Source: a candidate division WOR-3 bacterium (GTDB taxonomy: Bacteria; Hydrothermota; Tepidihabitantia; Tepidihabitantales; Tepidihabitantaceae). From it: 45,537 nt of DNA. The notes under the pieces are model-generated. The model was not told where the DNA came from. It saw only the letters and a list, made by a program, of their open reading frames with translations, and made no database searches. The position numbers and the translations under genes are program-made. The stretch lies in the NCBI GenBank assembly GCA_965648905.1, contig CBFGIT010000021.1, positions 1 to 45,537 of the forward strand. Reading direction: 5' to 3'. Within the stretch, counting starts at the first letter, position 1; every line of letters begins with the position of its first letter. Below are positions 26,939 to 36,268 of the stretch, in pieces.

Positions 26939-28186
26939 TCATTGTAGTAGGCCGGGCCGGCGTGGCTTGACGACCCGGACCGGGCGAGCTAGGGGCCCGG
27001 CCTTCACCAGGTAGCAGCCGGCCGAAACCTCGGCCGGCCAGACCACGACCCCGGTCGCCGACACCTGCCGGTACACCACCCGTCCGGCAACGTCAGAGAC
27101 CTCAACCGCAGTGCCGGGCTCGACCTGGATGTGCAGCGGCCGGCCAGCAGGCAGCGGGTTGGGAAAGCAGCCCGGACGGCGGTCCGGTGCGGGCGCAGCG
27201 CCGGGCTCAGCCGCCCCGGTGCTGTCGTCGTAGTAGTGCAGCGCGACCGCGGCGCCGGCAGGCGTGTACCCGAACGCCCAGCCGTTGCCGGCAGAACTGA
27301 ACGAAACCGTGAACAGGGGCACATAGGGCGGCGTGGTCGTGAACGGGTCGAGCTTCCACGAATCGCGTTCCATGTGCAGGATTGTGCCGGAGTCGCCGAC
27401 TGCCCATGCCTCGTCCGAGGTGCCGGCCATGCTCAGGCTGTACAAGCGCCGGGTGGTGGGTGAGGGCGCAACTGCCCAGGTGTCCTTGAAGCAACGCAGG
27501 ATGGTGCCGCGTTCGCCTGCGGCCCACCCTTCAGTGTTCGATTCCATGTCAAGTGACCGCAGGTGTTGGGTCGTGGGGCTGCGCATCTCCTCCCAGGTGC
27601 CCTCGCGCCAGCAGAAGATGGCGCCCGAGTCTCCGACCGCGATGCACTTGCCCGGGTAGGTCGCGTACAGGTCGAGCACGACGCGCCGGGTGGTAAGGGT
27701 CGTATCGATGCGCCACGTTCCGTTCTCGAATATCATCACCGGGTGGTGCTGGACCGGCGACGCGCCGCCGGCGAACCCGAGCGTCTCGCACGGGAAGCTG
27801 ACGCCCTGGAGGGTACGGTCAAACGGGTCGGCCTGCTGTTGCCATGTTCCCTCGTGGCGATAGACCACGCCGTCCGGAAAGTTGAACTGCTCGCCCACGG
27901 CCCAGGCCGAGCTGCCGGCGAACGCAAAGTCATAGATAAGCTGGTTGCGGATGGTGTCGGTCAAGATCCAGTCCCTGCCGTCGTAGCGCAGGAAACCGGT
28001 CAGGTACGAGCCGACCGTGGCCGAGGCCCAGCCCAGCGTGTCATTCGCCAGCACGGCACAGCCGACCCGGTAGGCGCAGGGAACCTGATGCCAGCGGGGT
28101 GCGGCCACGCCGATGCCGAGCAGCACCGCCAGCGCGGCAAGCAGCCGGCGGCAGAGAGGCAACACCGTGTCGGTTCTCGCTGTCAT
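26939..28186 (-). CDS. Secreted beta-propeller (YCF48/BNR-like) protein with C-terminal sorting domain
   Basis: Repeats WAVGDSGTIL..W..SPT..L; FPNP..DVAGR..GCYLVK; TTGACA-N16-TACAAT (28221-28194) 7 nt before ATG 28186. Confidence 0.82.
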   Translation of the reverse strand: MTARTDTVLPLCRRLLAALAVLLGIGVAAPRWHQVPCAYRVGCAVLANDTLGWASATVGSYLTGFLRYDGRDWILTDTIRNQLIYDFAFAGSSAWAVGEQFNFPDGVVYRHEGTWQQQADPFDRTLQGVSFPCETLGFAGGASPVQHHPVMIFENGTWRIDTTLTTRRVVLDLYATYPGKCIAVGDSGAIFCWREGTWEEMRSPTTQHLRSLDMESNTEGWAAGERGTILRCFKDTWAVAPSPTTRRLYSLSMAGTSDEAWAVGDSGTILHMERDSWKLDPFTTTPPYVPLFTVSFSSAGNGWAFGYTPAGAAVALHYYDDSTGAAEPGAAPAPDRRPGCFPNPLPAGRPLHIQVEPGTAVEVSDVAGRVVYRQVSATGVVVWPAEVSAGCYLVKAGPLARPVRVVKPRRPGLLQ

Positions 28187-28260
28187 CGTCTTGATTGTAG
28201 GACACGGTCCCGGCTTGTCAAGACCGTGAGGGCTCATGGCCGGGGCGGAGTCAGGACACT

Positions 28261-28336
28261 GAGAGCGAGGAGCAGAGGCAGAAGAGAGCAGAGAATGCAG
28301 AATGCGGAGCGCAGAACGCAGAGTGCAAGATGGCGG
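28261..28336. repeat. Heptamer tandem repeat tract (GCAGAAT-like)
   Basis: gaatgca gaatgcg gagcgca gaacgca gagtgca followed by agatggcg. Confidence 0.7.
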
Positions 28337-28544
28337 AGAACGGACGGCAGGGCGCGATGGCGATGCGGCTGGCCCGGCTTTGGACTCAAGCCGGTCTTCA
28401 GGGTGTAATATTCGTGGTGGCTGGAGTCGATGTTGGAAAGGGCCACTTGTTGGCAGCCGACACCGGGGTCGGCGCGACTCTTGACGTTCTGCCCGGCCGG
28501 TACCGGGCGGTCTGTTTTTCCGGCGGTCTTCACCGCCGGCCGGT

Positions 28545-28807
28545 CTGGGAGGCCGACCGGTAGCCCCACCGGTAGCAGGGCCGGTGACCGGAGTGCGGGC
28601 CGGATTCCTGACCCCAGTGTTGCCAGGATTGGGCGTAGAATTGGTGCGGGGGCTGGTCGCAGGTTGTTGCGGAGACTGGTCGCAGGATTGGTACGGAGGC
28701 TGGTCCCAGGGTTGTTGCGGAGACTGGTCGCAGGATTGGTGCGCGAACCGGTCCCAGGGTTGGTCCGGGAACTGGTGGCAGGACCGGTAGCAGGACCGGA
28801 GGGCCCA
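28545..28807. repeat. 12/24-nt phased tandem array, about 22 units
   Basis: Units YYGGT....RGR, e.g. ctggtcgcagga x2, ttgttgcggaga x2; one 11-nt unit. Confidence 0.85.
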
Positions 28808-28895
28808 GGGGGCCGGGATTTTGGCCGGGTGAAGAAACGGTGCAACGTTTTCGGCGGTTGTTGCAGACTATGTATAGGAGCAGAAGGAAACAGGT

Positions 28896-29240
28896 ATGCA
28901 CGATTCATCCGCAACCGCCCTTCTGGCCGAGTTCCTGGCCGGAATCAGGCTGACCCATGTACTGGCTCCAATGTTTCGAAAGTTGTCCGGGCCGGAGCTG
29001 GCCCGCGAGCTGCGGCGCATCTGGCGGAGGTTCCGAGAGACGGGCATGGAGTCGGGGCTGGCTGAGGTGCTTTCGTGCGGTTTGTATCGAGCGCTGGCAG
29101 CGCGAGAACGATTGGGCGAAGCGGCCGCGGTTGAGGCCGAGCTGCTCATTGTGAAATGGGTGGCCCGGGGTCTGGCCCGCAGCGTGCTCGAGAACATCCG
29201 CACCGGCGTGTTCAACATCGTGCCGCCCTCAAGTCCGTGA
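28896..29240 (+). CDS. Hypothetical helical protein (114 aa)
   Basis: ATG with AAGGA RBS, fills the gap, followed by a strong hairpin. Confidence 0.55.
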   Translation: MHDSSATALLAEFLAGIRLTHVLAPMFRKLSGPELARELRRIWRRFRETGMESGLAEVLSCGLYRALAARERLGEAAAVEAELLIVKWVARGLARSVLENIRTGVFNIVPPSSP

Positions 29241-29267
29241 TTCAGCTTGACAGCACCGATACCAAAC

Positions 29268-29294
29268 CCGGGAGGCGGCAGAGCCGCCTCCCGG
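29268..29294. terminator. Hairpin between convergent genes
   Basis: CCGGGAGGCGGC-AGA-GCCGCCTCCCGG 12-bp stem. Confidence 0.75.
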
Positions 29295-29311
29295 ACTTCC
29301 ATCGGGCACTG

Positions 29312-31567
29312 CTACCGGATGATGACCAGCTTGCCTTTGTCTGGTGTCGAGCCTGAGGCCTGGAGTCGGTAGTAGTAGACGCCGGGCGCAAGACGCCGGC
29401 CACGTTCGTCCGCGCCGTTCCATGTTCCCATGACCCGGGCCCGGGCCCAGAGCCGACCATCACTCCCGAATACGGTCAATTCCTGTTCCTGACCGGTTGC
29501 GAGCGTCCAGGGCCAGCGCGTGACGATTGACGACTGAGTCTTTCCGAGCGAGCCGACCGGTTCGGCAACCGCGGGCGGCGGCGGTGTGCCCTGCCGGACC
29601 ACCAGGGCAAACGGCTGGCGGGAGCTGAACACGTTACGGGCATAGACGCGCACGGTCCACGGGCCGGCCATCGGATAGGCGAGGCGGCAGACCTCTTCGA
29701 CGTTCAGGGTGTCGCTCGTGGCCGGGTTCGGGATTGACTGGCCTTCGTAGAACCGGTTGCCGCGATAGCGGTTGCGGTCCGGGCTTACAAGCTCCAAATC
29801 GAGGTCATTGACAATCGCAACCGCAGCACCGGGCGCAGCCGCAGTATCGGTCCAGGCCAGAGTGACGAGCAGCGGCAGGCGGCGCTCGACGTCAAGGCGG
29901 TACTCATAGTATTCGCCGGTCCCAAGGCCGAGAGTCTCGTCCACGACCGCAAGCTGCATCGAGTCTTCTTCAAAGTGCAGGATGCCCGAGAGGTTGACCC
30001 GGCCCCAGCCGGAAAGCCGGGCCGGCGGCAGTTCGGTCGAGACGTTGGAGTCGGCCGAGGTCACGGCCAGGGCCCGCATCATCGCCGAGCTTAAGAGGCA
30101 GATGCCCCGACTGGTGTCGGGCGTGCCGGTGGGATGCCAGCCTTCCTTGAAGTACTGACGGGCAAGGACCATTGCGCCGCTTGCGGCCGGAGCGGCAAAG
30201 CTCGTGCCGCTGGTCAGGACGTACCGGGACGGCTCAGGCCCGCTTGCGGTATTGACCCCGTCGCCCGGCGCGACGACGTTCGGCTTGATGCGGCCGTCCC
30301 GGGTCGGCCCGCCCGAGCTGGACCGGGCCATCGTGTTGCTCGCCGTACCGTTGCCGGTCGCGCCGACCGTCAAACAGTTCTTGGCACAGGCCGGATGACC
30401 GATGTTGTACGCACCCTGACCGAAGTTGCCCGCGGCCCAGGTCACGAAGAACCACTTATCGCGCCAGCAGACCGCGTCCAGAGTCGCCTCCTCAAGCCGG
30501 TAGTAGCCGAGCGACGTGCTGGTGCCGAACGAGCCGGAGACCTGACGCACCGGCTCCGGCATCCCCTGGCCCAGCCGAACCGTGTCGAGCAGCTCGGTCA
30601 TGTCCGACTCAAGAACATAGGTGCCGTTCTGATTGGCAAGGTCTACGAAGTAAATCCGGCTGTCCGGAGCCATGCCGTCAAAGCGGGTCCGGTTGCCGGT
30701 CACCGAGTCGTCGCCGGCCAGGGTGGCCGCAACTCCGGTGCCGTGATACCCGGCCGCCCCGACATCGCCGAACCGGGCGGTCTTGTAGACCTTGTAGGCC
30801 GCGACCTTACGGTGCTGGGGATAGATGCCGGGCTCGGTCATCGGAAACAACGGGTCGCTGAACATTTCGTGGACCATGTGAATCCCGGAGTCGAACAGGC
30901 CGACAATCATGTTCTGGCCCCGAAGTCCTTTGTACCAGACCCGGCGGCCCGGCTCCTCACCCGGTGTCAGGGGCTGCCAGCCCACCTGGGTCACCCACTG
31001 CACGTCACAGTTGAACGGCTCGAACCGGCCGGCCTGCTGTATCCAGGCAACCGCGTCAAGCCGAACCACTGCCTCGAGCTTGTCCGGGTCAAGCCGGAAT
31101 CGAATCGAGCGGGAGGAGACATCCTCAATCAGACCGCCCAGTGCGACAATCGACTCGGCCACAGGTTCAGGCTCCTCTTCCGGCCACAGGGACAGGATCA
31201 GCTCTTCTGCGAGTACGCCCCTCCCCTGTGCCTCAGGCCCGGCCAACTCAGGCGCGAGCTTGTGAGCGGGAAGAATCGGGGTCACAACCCCGAGCCGGGT
31301 GTCGGCTCCGGCCCGGGCCCGGCAGATGACGTTCTGGTATGCGACGTACCCGACCGGCTCAAACCCGTCGCCGCGCAGTTGGGCCAGACCCTCGGCCCGC
31401 ACCGGCTCAGCCAGATGAACCAGAACATAGCCTTTCCCCGGTTGAGTTACCGCGTCCTGGACCTTTGTCTGGCCAGGGCCTGGCGAGCCGTAAGGCTGAG
31501 TAACGTACGGACGGGCTGGCCCGACCCGGCTGAGGTTCAGGAAGCCGAACACCAGCAGAGTCAGCAC
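29312..31567 (-). CDS. Secreted S8 subtilisin-like serine protease with C-terminal sorting domain
   Basis: Catalytic triad FDSG, HGTGVA, SGTSFAAP; AAGN; NDLDL; WNG.DERG..LAPGVYY. Confidence 0.92.
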   Translation of the reverse strand: MLTLLVFGFLNLSRVGPARPYVTQPYGSPGPGQTKVQDAVTQPGKGYVLVHLAEPVRAEGLAQLRGDGFEPVGYVAYQNVICRARAGADTRLGVVTPILPAHKLAPELAGPEAQGRGVLAEELILSLWPEEEPEPVAESIVALGGLIEDVSSRSIRFRLDPDKLEAVVRLDAVAWIQQAGRFEPFNCDVQWVTQVGWQPLTPGEEPGRRVWYKGLRGQNMIVGLFDSGIHMVHEMFSDPLFPMTEPGIYPQHRKVAAYKVYKTARFGDVGAAGYHGTGVAATLAGDDSVTGNRTRFDGMAPDSRIYFVDLANQNGTYVLESDMTELLDTVRLGQGMPEPVRQVSGSFGTSTSLGYYRLEEATLDAVCWRDKWFFVTWAAGNFGQGAYNIGHPACAKNCLTVGATGNGTASNTMARSSSGGPTRDGRIKPNVVAPGDGVNTASGPEPSRYVLTSGTSFAAPAASGAMVLARQYFKEGWHPTGTPDTSRGICLLSSAMMRALAVTSADSNVSTELPPARLSGWGRVNLSGILHFEEDSMQLAVVDETLGLGTGEYYEYRLDVERRLPLLVTLAWTDTAAAPGAAVAIVNDLDLELVSPDRNRYRGNRFYEGQSIPNPATSDTLNVEEVCRLAYPMAGPWTVRVYARNVFSSRQPFALVVRQGTPPPPAVAEPVGSLGKTQSSIVTRWPWTLATGQEQELTVFGSDGRLWARARVMGTWNGADERGRRLAPGVYYYRLQASGSTPDKGKLVIIR

Positions 31568-31636
31568 CAGCCCGTCCTTCCTTTACTGCTCGCGGCTATC
31601 CGTACCGGTCCATAAGCCCGAGGAAAGTTGGCAGCA

Positions 31637-32707
31637 TCAGAGCTTCAAGATGTCGACAATCGCGGCCGTGACTTCCTTCATGTCGGCCATGGTCAGGTCG
31701 CCCATGTGGGCGATGCGGAACGTCTTCTCCTTCAGGTCGCCGTAGCCGTTCGAGATCTGCATGCCGCGCTTGCCCAGCTCTCCGTTCAAATCCTTGACCG
31801 AGATGCCGCGCGTGTTGGCCACTGTGGTCAGGGTCACCGACTCATAGCCCGGCTCAGGGAAAACCTTGAAGTACCGGCCTGCCCAGTCGCGGGTAAACCG
31901 GGCCATCGCCAGATGCCGCTGGTACCGGTTCTGCATCCCCTCTTTCAGGATGGCGTCGAGCTCCGCATCAAGCGCCCAGAACAAAGACACCGCAGGTGTG
32001 GTCGGGGTCTGGAAGTCTTTCTCGTACCGCTTGAGCATCGCGTCGTAGTCAAAGTAGTAGCCCCGGTCGGTCACGGTCCGGCACTTGTCGAGCGCCCGCT
32101 GAGACACAATCGCCACTGCCAGCCCGGGCGGCAGGGCAACCGCCTTCTGGGACGAAGCAACTACGACGTCAAGCCCAAGTCCGTCGATGTCGAACCAGTC
32201 ACCCATCAGACTGGAGACCGCATCGACCAGAATGAGCACGTCCGGATACTTGGCGCGGACGAGTTTGACGATCTCCTCAATCGGGTTGCGCACGCCGGTC
32301 GAAGTCTCGTTCTGGGTGATGGTCAATGCCTGATACCCGCCTTTGGCCAGCTCGGCATCGACCAGCTCGGGCTTGATTGCCTTGCCCCACTCGACCGCAA
32401 CCGAACCGGCCTGCTTGCCGCACGCCTTCGAGATCTTGAACCAGCGGTCGGAGAACGCACCGTTGACCGTGTGCAGGACCTTGCCCGTAACCACGTTCCG
32501 CAGCGCGCCTTCCATGCAGCCGGTCCCTGAAGAAGTGTACCAGAACACATAGTTCTTTGTGGCGAGGACCTGCTTGGTCTTCTCGACCACGCGCTTGTTC
32601 AGCTCACCGAACTCCTTGGAGCGGTGGCCGATCATCCACTGGGCCTGGGCTTTGAGGATTTCTTCCCGGACCTCGGTCGGGCCGGGAATAAAGAGCTTCT
32701 TGTGCAT
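31637..32707 (-). CDS. Class V PLP aminotransferase (alanine-glyoxylate/serine-pyruvate/phosphoserine type)
   Basis: FIPGPT, HRS, NETSTGV, DAVSS, SSQKAVALPPG, FRIAHMG. Confidence 0.9.
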   Translation of the reverse strand: MHKKLFIPGPTEVREEILKAQAQWMIGHRSKEFGELNKRVVEKTKQVLATKNYVFWYTSSGTGCMEGALRNVVTGKVLHTVNGAFSDRWFKISKACGKQAGSVAVEWGKAIKPELVDAELAKGGYQALTITQNETSTGVRNPIEEIVKLVRAKYPDVLILVDAVSSLMGDWFDIDGLGLDVVVASSQKAVALPPGLAVAIVSQRALDKCRTVTDRGYYFDYDAMLKRYEKDFQTPTTPAVSLFWALDAELDAILKEGMQNRYQRHLAMARFTRDWAGRYFKVFPEPGYESVTLTTVANTRGISVKDLNGELGKRGMQISNGYGDLKEKTFRIAHMGDLTMADMKEVTAAIVDILKL

Positions 32708-33166
32708 CTAACCTCCTGTTGGGGGTTTACGACTATCTGGACTCATGACCGACCTGGGGTCGGCAACTGGCGAATCACCTGTAACCTTGACCAGTACCTG
32801 ACGCCGGCGCGGACCGTCGAACTCACAGAAGAAAACGCCCTGCCAGCGACCAAGCACCAGCCGGCCGCCTTCGACCGGAATGGTCAGGCTCGCACCGACA
32901 AGCACGCTCTTGATATGGGCATCGGCATTGCCTTCGGCATGAGCATACCCGGCCCGGTGCGGAACCAGCCCGGACAAAGAACCGGCAGTGTCTGCGGCCA
33001 CGTCCGGGTCAAACGCCTCGTTTAGGGTCACACCTGCGGTCGTGTGCGGCACATAGACAAGGCAGACACCGGCAACTACGCCGGTTGCGGCCACGGCATT
33101 CTGAACCTGAGGCGTGATGTTCACCAACTCGACGCGGGAACGGGTCGCAACCTCGATACTGACCAT
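32708..33166 (-). CDS. yjbQ: YjbQ/UPF0047 family protein
   Basis: PHTTAG..NE..DPDV, HAEGNADAHIK, LGRWQGVFFCEFDGPR. Confidence 0.9.
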   Translation of the reverse strand: MVSIEVATRSRVELVNITPQVQNAVAATGVVAGVCLVYVPHTTAGVTLNEAFDPDVAADTAGSLSGLVPHRAGYAHAEGNADAHIKSVLVGASLTIPVEGGRLVLGRWQGVFFCEFDGPRRRQVLVKVTGDSPVADPRSVMSPDSRKPPTGG

Positions 33167-33178
33167 GAGTTCAGGCCT

Positions 33179-33207
33179 ATCTTAGCCACGGCCTGACTGG
33201 GTGTCAA
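33179..33207 (-). promoter_or_regulatory. Sigma70-type promoter for yjbQ/aminotransferase
   Basis: TTGACA-N17-TAAGAT. Confidence 0.7.
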
Positions 33208-33226
33208 CCCGCGGCCGCCGCAACGG

Positions 33227-34192
33227 TCAGACGTGGAACTCGACGATGTCCTGGTCGGCCAGGACATGGGCGCGTTCGACCCGCTGGCCGTCATGGCCCT
33301 GGTGGTTCCAGAGCCGCGCATACTGCAGGCCGGCGGCAAAGTCCTTGTGCAGGTGATAGGCAGCATCGACCACGGTCGAGCCGGACTTGAGAATCACCGG
33401 GTCGTTCATGTCCGCGGGCTTGCCCGGCTTCTTGGTGTAGACCCGGATGATACTGAGCGCGGCAAAGACCTGTCGCTTCAGTTCCTCCAGTCCCGCTTTG
33501 GTCTCGACCGATACGAGCAGTACCGGCACGTCGCCCACCAGCTCTCTGAGAACGGCAAGCCGGTCCCGGGCCTCAGGGTCGTCAGCCTTGGTTCCGACCC
33601 TGATGGTCGGCTTGAACGTCAGCTCCGGGTCAGGCGCGACCGCAATGCGGGCGTTGCGCAGCAGCTCTTGAGCCTGCTCGGTAGTTTCAAGCAGGTTGTC
33701 ATCTGCCAGGTCAAAGAGCCAGAGCAGGACATCAGCCGTGCGCATGATGTGGAACAGCCATGCCGGCGACTCAGGTGATACCGGCGGCGTATCCACCAGT
33801 TGAATCTGAATGTCCTCAAACGGCATCATCCCGGCTGCCGGGACGGTCGTGGTGAACGGATAGGCCGCAACCTCAGTCGGCAGACCGGTCAGCTCCCTGA
33901 CCAAAGCCGACTTGCCGCAGTTCGGCGCACCAAAGGCAATGACCTGACCTGCGCCCTGTTTCTCAACGTGGAACCAGTCACCGCGTCGGGCCCCGGCTTT
34001 GGCTCCGCCCGAGAGCTCTTTCTTGAGCCGGGCAATCCGGGTCTTTAGGTCGGCCTGCATCTTCTCGGTTCCTTTGTGCTTGGGAATGGTCTGAAGCATC
34101 TCTTCCAGGCAGACGAGCTTCTCTTCCGGCGCGACCGCGGCGCGGAACTTCTCTTCGGCTTTCTTGAACTCAGGTGATAGGTTGGCCGGCAC
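33227..34192 (-). CDS. DRG/Obg-family GTPase with TGS domain
   Basis: Start GTG 34192 (MPANLSPEF); PKHKGTEK, GAPNCGKS, YPFTT, DTPP, TKAD, C-terminal TGS. Confidence 0.9.
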   Translation of the reverse strand: MPANLSPEFKKAEEKFRAAVAPEEKLVCLEEMLQTIPKHKGTEKMQADLKTRIARLKKELSGGAKAGARRGDWFHVEKQGAGQVIAFGAPNCGKSALVRELTGLPTEVAAYPFTTTVPAAGMMPFEDIQIQLVDTPPVSPESPAWLFHIMRTADVLLWLFDLADDNLLETTEQAQELLRNARIAVAPDPELTFKPTIRVGTKADDPEARDRLAVLRELVGDVPVLLVSVETKAGLEELKRQVFAALSIIRVYTKKPGKPADMNDPVILKSGSTVVDAAYHLHKDFAAGLQYARLWNHQGHDGQRVERAHVLADQDIVEFHV

Positions 34193-34218
34193 GGTTATAT
34201 ATAGCTCAAAACCCGGCC

Positions 34219-34251
34219 AAAAGCAAGAGCCCTGCCAAAGCAGGGCCCTGC
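34219..34251 (-). terminator. Intrinsic terminator after serA-DUF1015-OMP genes
   Basis: GCCCTGC-TTTG-GCAGGGC stem with extension, then TTTT on minus strand. Confidence 0.55.
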
Positions 34252-34267
34252 TGTCTCGCACGAGGAG

Positions 34268-34969
34268 CTAGTCTTTCTTTCTGCGCCTGCGCTCCTGGTC
34301 CATGCCGCCGAATGCGACGTTGACGTTTGCGAAGACTGTGCCGCTCGCAATCTTCGGGCCGTTCAGGAGCTTGTTGCCGTCAGCCATGGTCCAGTCCTGC
34401 CCGGTCGGCGCATAAGTGTACCCGGCCTTGAGCTGGACCCCGACAAAGCTGATTGGCACGTGGACGATGATTTCAGGCGTGAGGGTGAGGCGGGACAGAG
34501 AGACCTGGCTGGTGCGGCCCGGATGAGCAAGCAGACTGTCGAGGTTCTGGACGTCACCCGCCGTCGGCTCCAGGGTCAGGCTGTAGCTCCAGCCGCCGAT
34601 GCCCAGGGCCGGACCCAGGAACAGGTGCTTCATCACCAGGGGCATGTAGCCGACCTCGAAATGGCCGCCGCCGATCTCAAGCCGGCAGCGCGTGTTGTTC
34701 GACGCGATGCTCTGGGTGCCGCCTGCGCCGCTGCCGCCGATGACCACCCGGTTGATCAGCGCATACCCGCCCCCGCCCATCAGCCAGTGCATCGAGCTGA
34801 ACTCGCTGATGTAGCCGTTGCGGCTGAACACCTGGTTCAGGCCATCGACATCGGTCATGCCCACCGTCGGGCCGAAGTAACCGAATCCGCCGCCCCAGGT
34901 GCGGCCGAAACAAACAGCCGGAGCCGCGACAAACAGAACCAGTGCCAGTGCGGCAAACGAACGTTTCAT
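34268..34969 (-). CDS. Hypothetical outer-membrane beta-barrel-like protein
   Basis: Signal peptide, Gly/aromatic alternating strands; AGGAGG RBS. Confidence 0.7.
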   Translation of the reverse strand: MKRSFAALALVLFVAAPAVCFGRTWGGGFGYFGPTVGMTDVDGLNQVFSRNGYISEFSSMHWLMGGGGYALINRVVIGGSGAGGTQSIASNNTRCRLEIGGGHFEVGYMPLVMKHLFLGPALGIGGWSYSLTLEPTAGDVQNLDSLLAHPGRTSQVSLSRLTLTPEIIVHVPISFVGVQLKAGYTYAPTGQDWTMADGNKLLNGPKIASGTVFANVNVAFGGMDQERRRRKKD

Positions 34970-34981
34970 GATGAGTCCTCC

Positions 34982-36256
34982 TTAGACTCGTTCGTACCTG
35001 CCGACATCGAAGAAGACGAGACCAGACACCAGCTTGGGATAGAAGTCGGTCGACTTCTGCGGCATCCGCTCGCCGTGGGCCGCCACCCTGCTCACCTGCT
35101 CGGCACGGGTCGGGTTCAGGAGCAGGGCTGCCTGGTATTTGGACGAGTTGACCGCGGCGAAAGTTGCGGCCGCCTTGCGCTCGTACGCAACGTGGTCCTC
35201 GATTCTCTCCGCCGGCACGCCGAACACGTGCTCGATGATGAGCGAATGCAGGATGGTCACGTCCAGGCCCTTGTAGTCGGCACTGCGGTCCTTGACCAGT
35301 CGGTCAACTGTCTCCGGGCTCGTCAGCCTGAGCAGCCAGGTCTTGCCCGGGCCCAGGTGCATCGCAAACGTGTGGTCAACTGCGCCCCGGGCCAGTTCCT
35401 GCTCGACCGAGTCTGCGGCAATCGGCTGGATTGAGAAGAACTGGCCGAGCTTCGCCAGGGTCGCCTCCGCGTTGAAGTCGCCCAGGTTGTACAGCAGCCG
35501 GTGCGTGGGCAGAATCAGAAGTCCCGGGTCCGCGATGTTGATGAACGCCGCGGTCTTGTACCTCAATGCCGCATTCTGCTCGACCGGGATGGTCGCTTCC
35601 ATCTCTTTCCGGTAGTTGAGTGCGGTCTCATACCGATGATGGCCGTCGGCAATCAACATGGTTCGGTCGGCAAGGAACGACTGCACCGTGCTGATTCGGT
35701 CCGGGTCGGTGATGGCCCAGACCTGCTGGTGCACGCCGTACTCGTCGGTCGCTTCCATGGTCGGCACGCCCTGGGCCGCGAGCGCCGCGTCAACCTTGCC
35801 CTGCGGGTCGTCATAGAGCAGGAAAATCTGCTCGAAGTCCTTCTCGGTGGCGCGGGTCATGTTCAGCCGGTCGGCCTTGGGCTTGGACAGGGTTCGCTCG
35901 TGGGGCAGGATTATGCCTTTCTCGAACTCCTCGACACGAACCACGCCGATAAATCCCCGGCGCACCAGTTTCCGGCCGCCGGTCTCGAACTCCTGCTTCA
36001 GGGCGTAGAACGCCGGGGCCTGGTCGCGGTACAGCGTCCCATCTTTGAGCCAGGCTTCGCAGGTGCGCTTCGATTCGCCGTACGGGTCATGCCCTTTGGG
36101 CAGAATCAGCCGGACAAAGCTCAGATGATGCTTGTCATAGTACGACTTCTGCATTTCCGGGGTTATCTTGTCGTATGGCTGGGTGATGACCACCGAGAGG
36201 TTCGGGACCTTGGCCGGGTTGTAGCGGATCCCGCGGAACGGTCTGACGTCTGCCAT
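34982..36256 (-). CDS. DUF1015 family protein
   Basis: MADVRPFRGIRY, PYD, ILPHERT, IADGHHRYETA, MPQKSTDFYPKL. Confidence 0.92.
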   Translation of the reverse strand: MADVRPFRGIRYNPAKVPNLSVVITQPYDKITPEMQKSYYDKHHLSFVRLILPKGHDPYGESKRTCEAWLKDGTLYRDQAPAFYALKQEFETGGRKLVRRGFIGVVRVEEFEKGIILPHERTLSKPKADRLNMTRATEKDFEQIFLLYDDPQGKVDAALAAQGVPTMEATDEYGVHQQVWAITDPDRISTVQSFLADRTMLIADGHHRYETALNYRKEMEATIPVEQNAALRYKTAAFINIADPGLLILPTHRLLYNLGDFNAEATLAKLGQFFSIQPIAADSVEQELARGAVDHTFAMHLGPGKTWLLRLTSPETVDRLVKDRSADYKGLDVTILHSLIIEHVFGVPAERIEDHVAYERKAAATFAAVNSSKYQAALLLNPTRAEQVSRVAAHGERMPQKSTDFYPKLVSGLVFFDVGRYERV

Positions 36257-36268
36257 GGCGCGGTCTCG

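Noticed and set aside
28234..29065. ORFs 28234-28914 (-) and 28430-29065 (+) as real proteins
   Set aside because: They are translations of the repeat tracts; the 11-nt unit shifts the repeat register, which argues against coding selection
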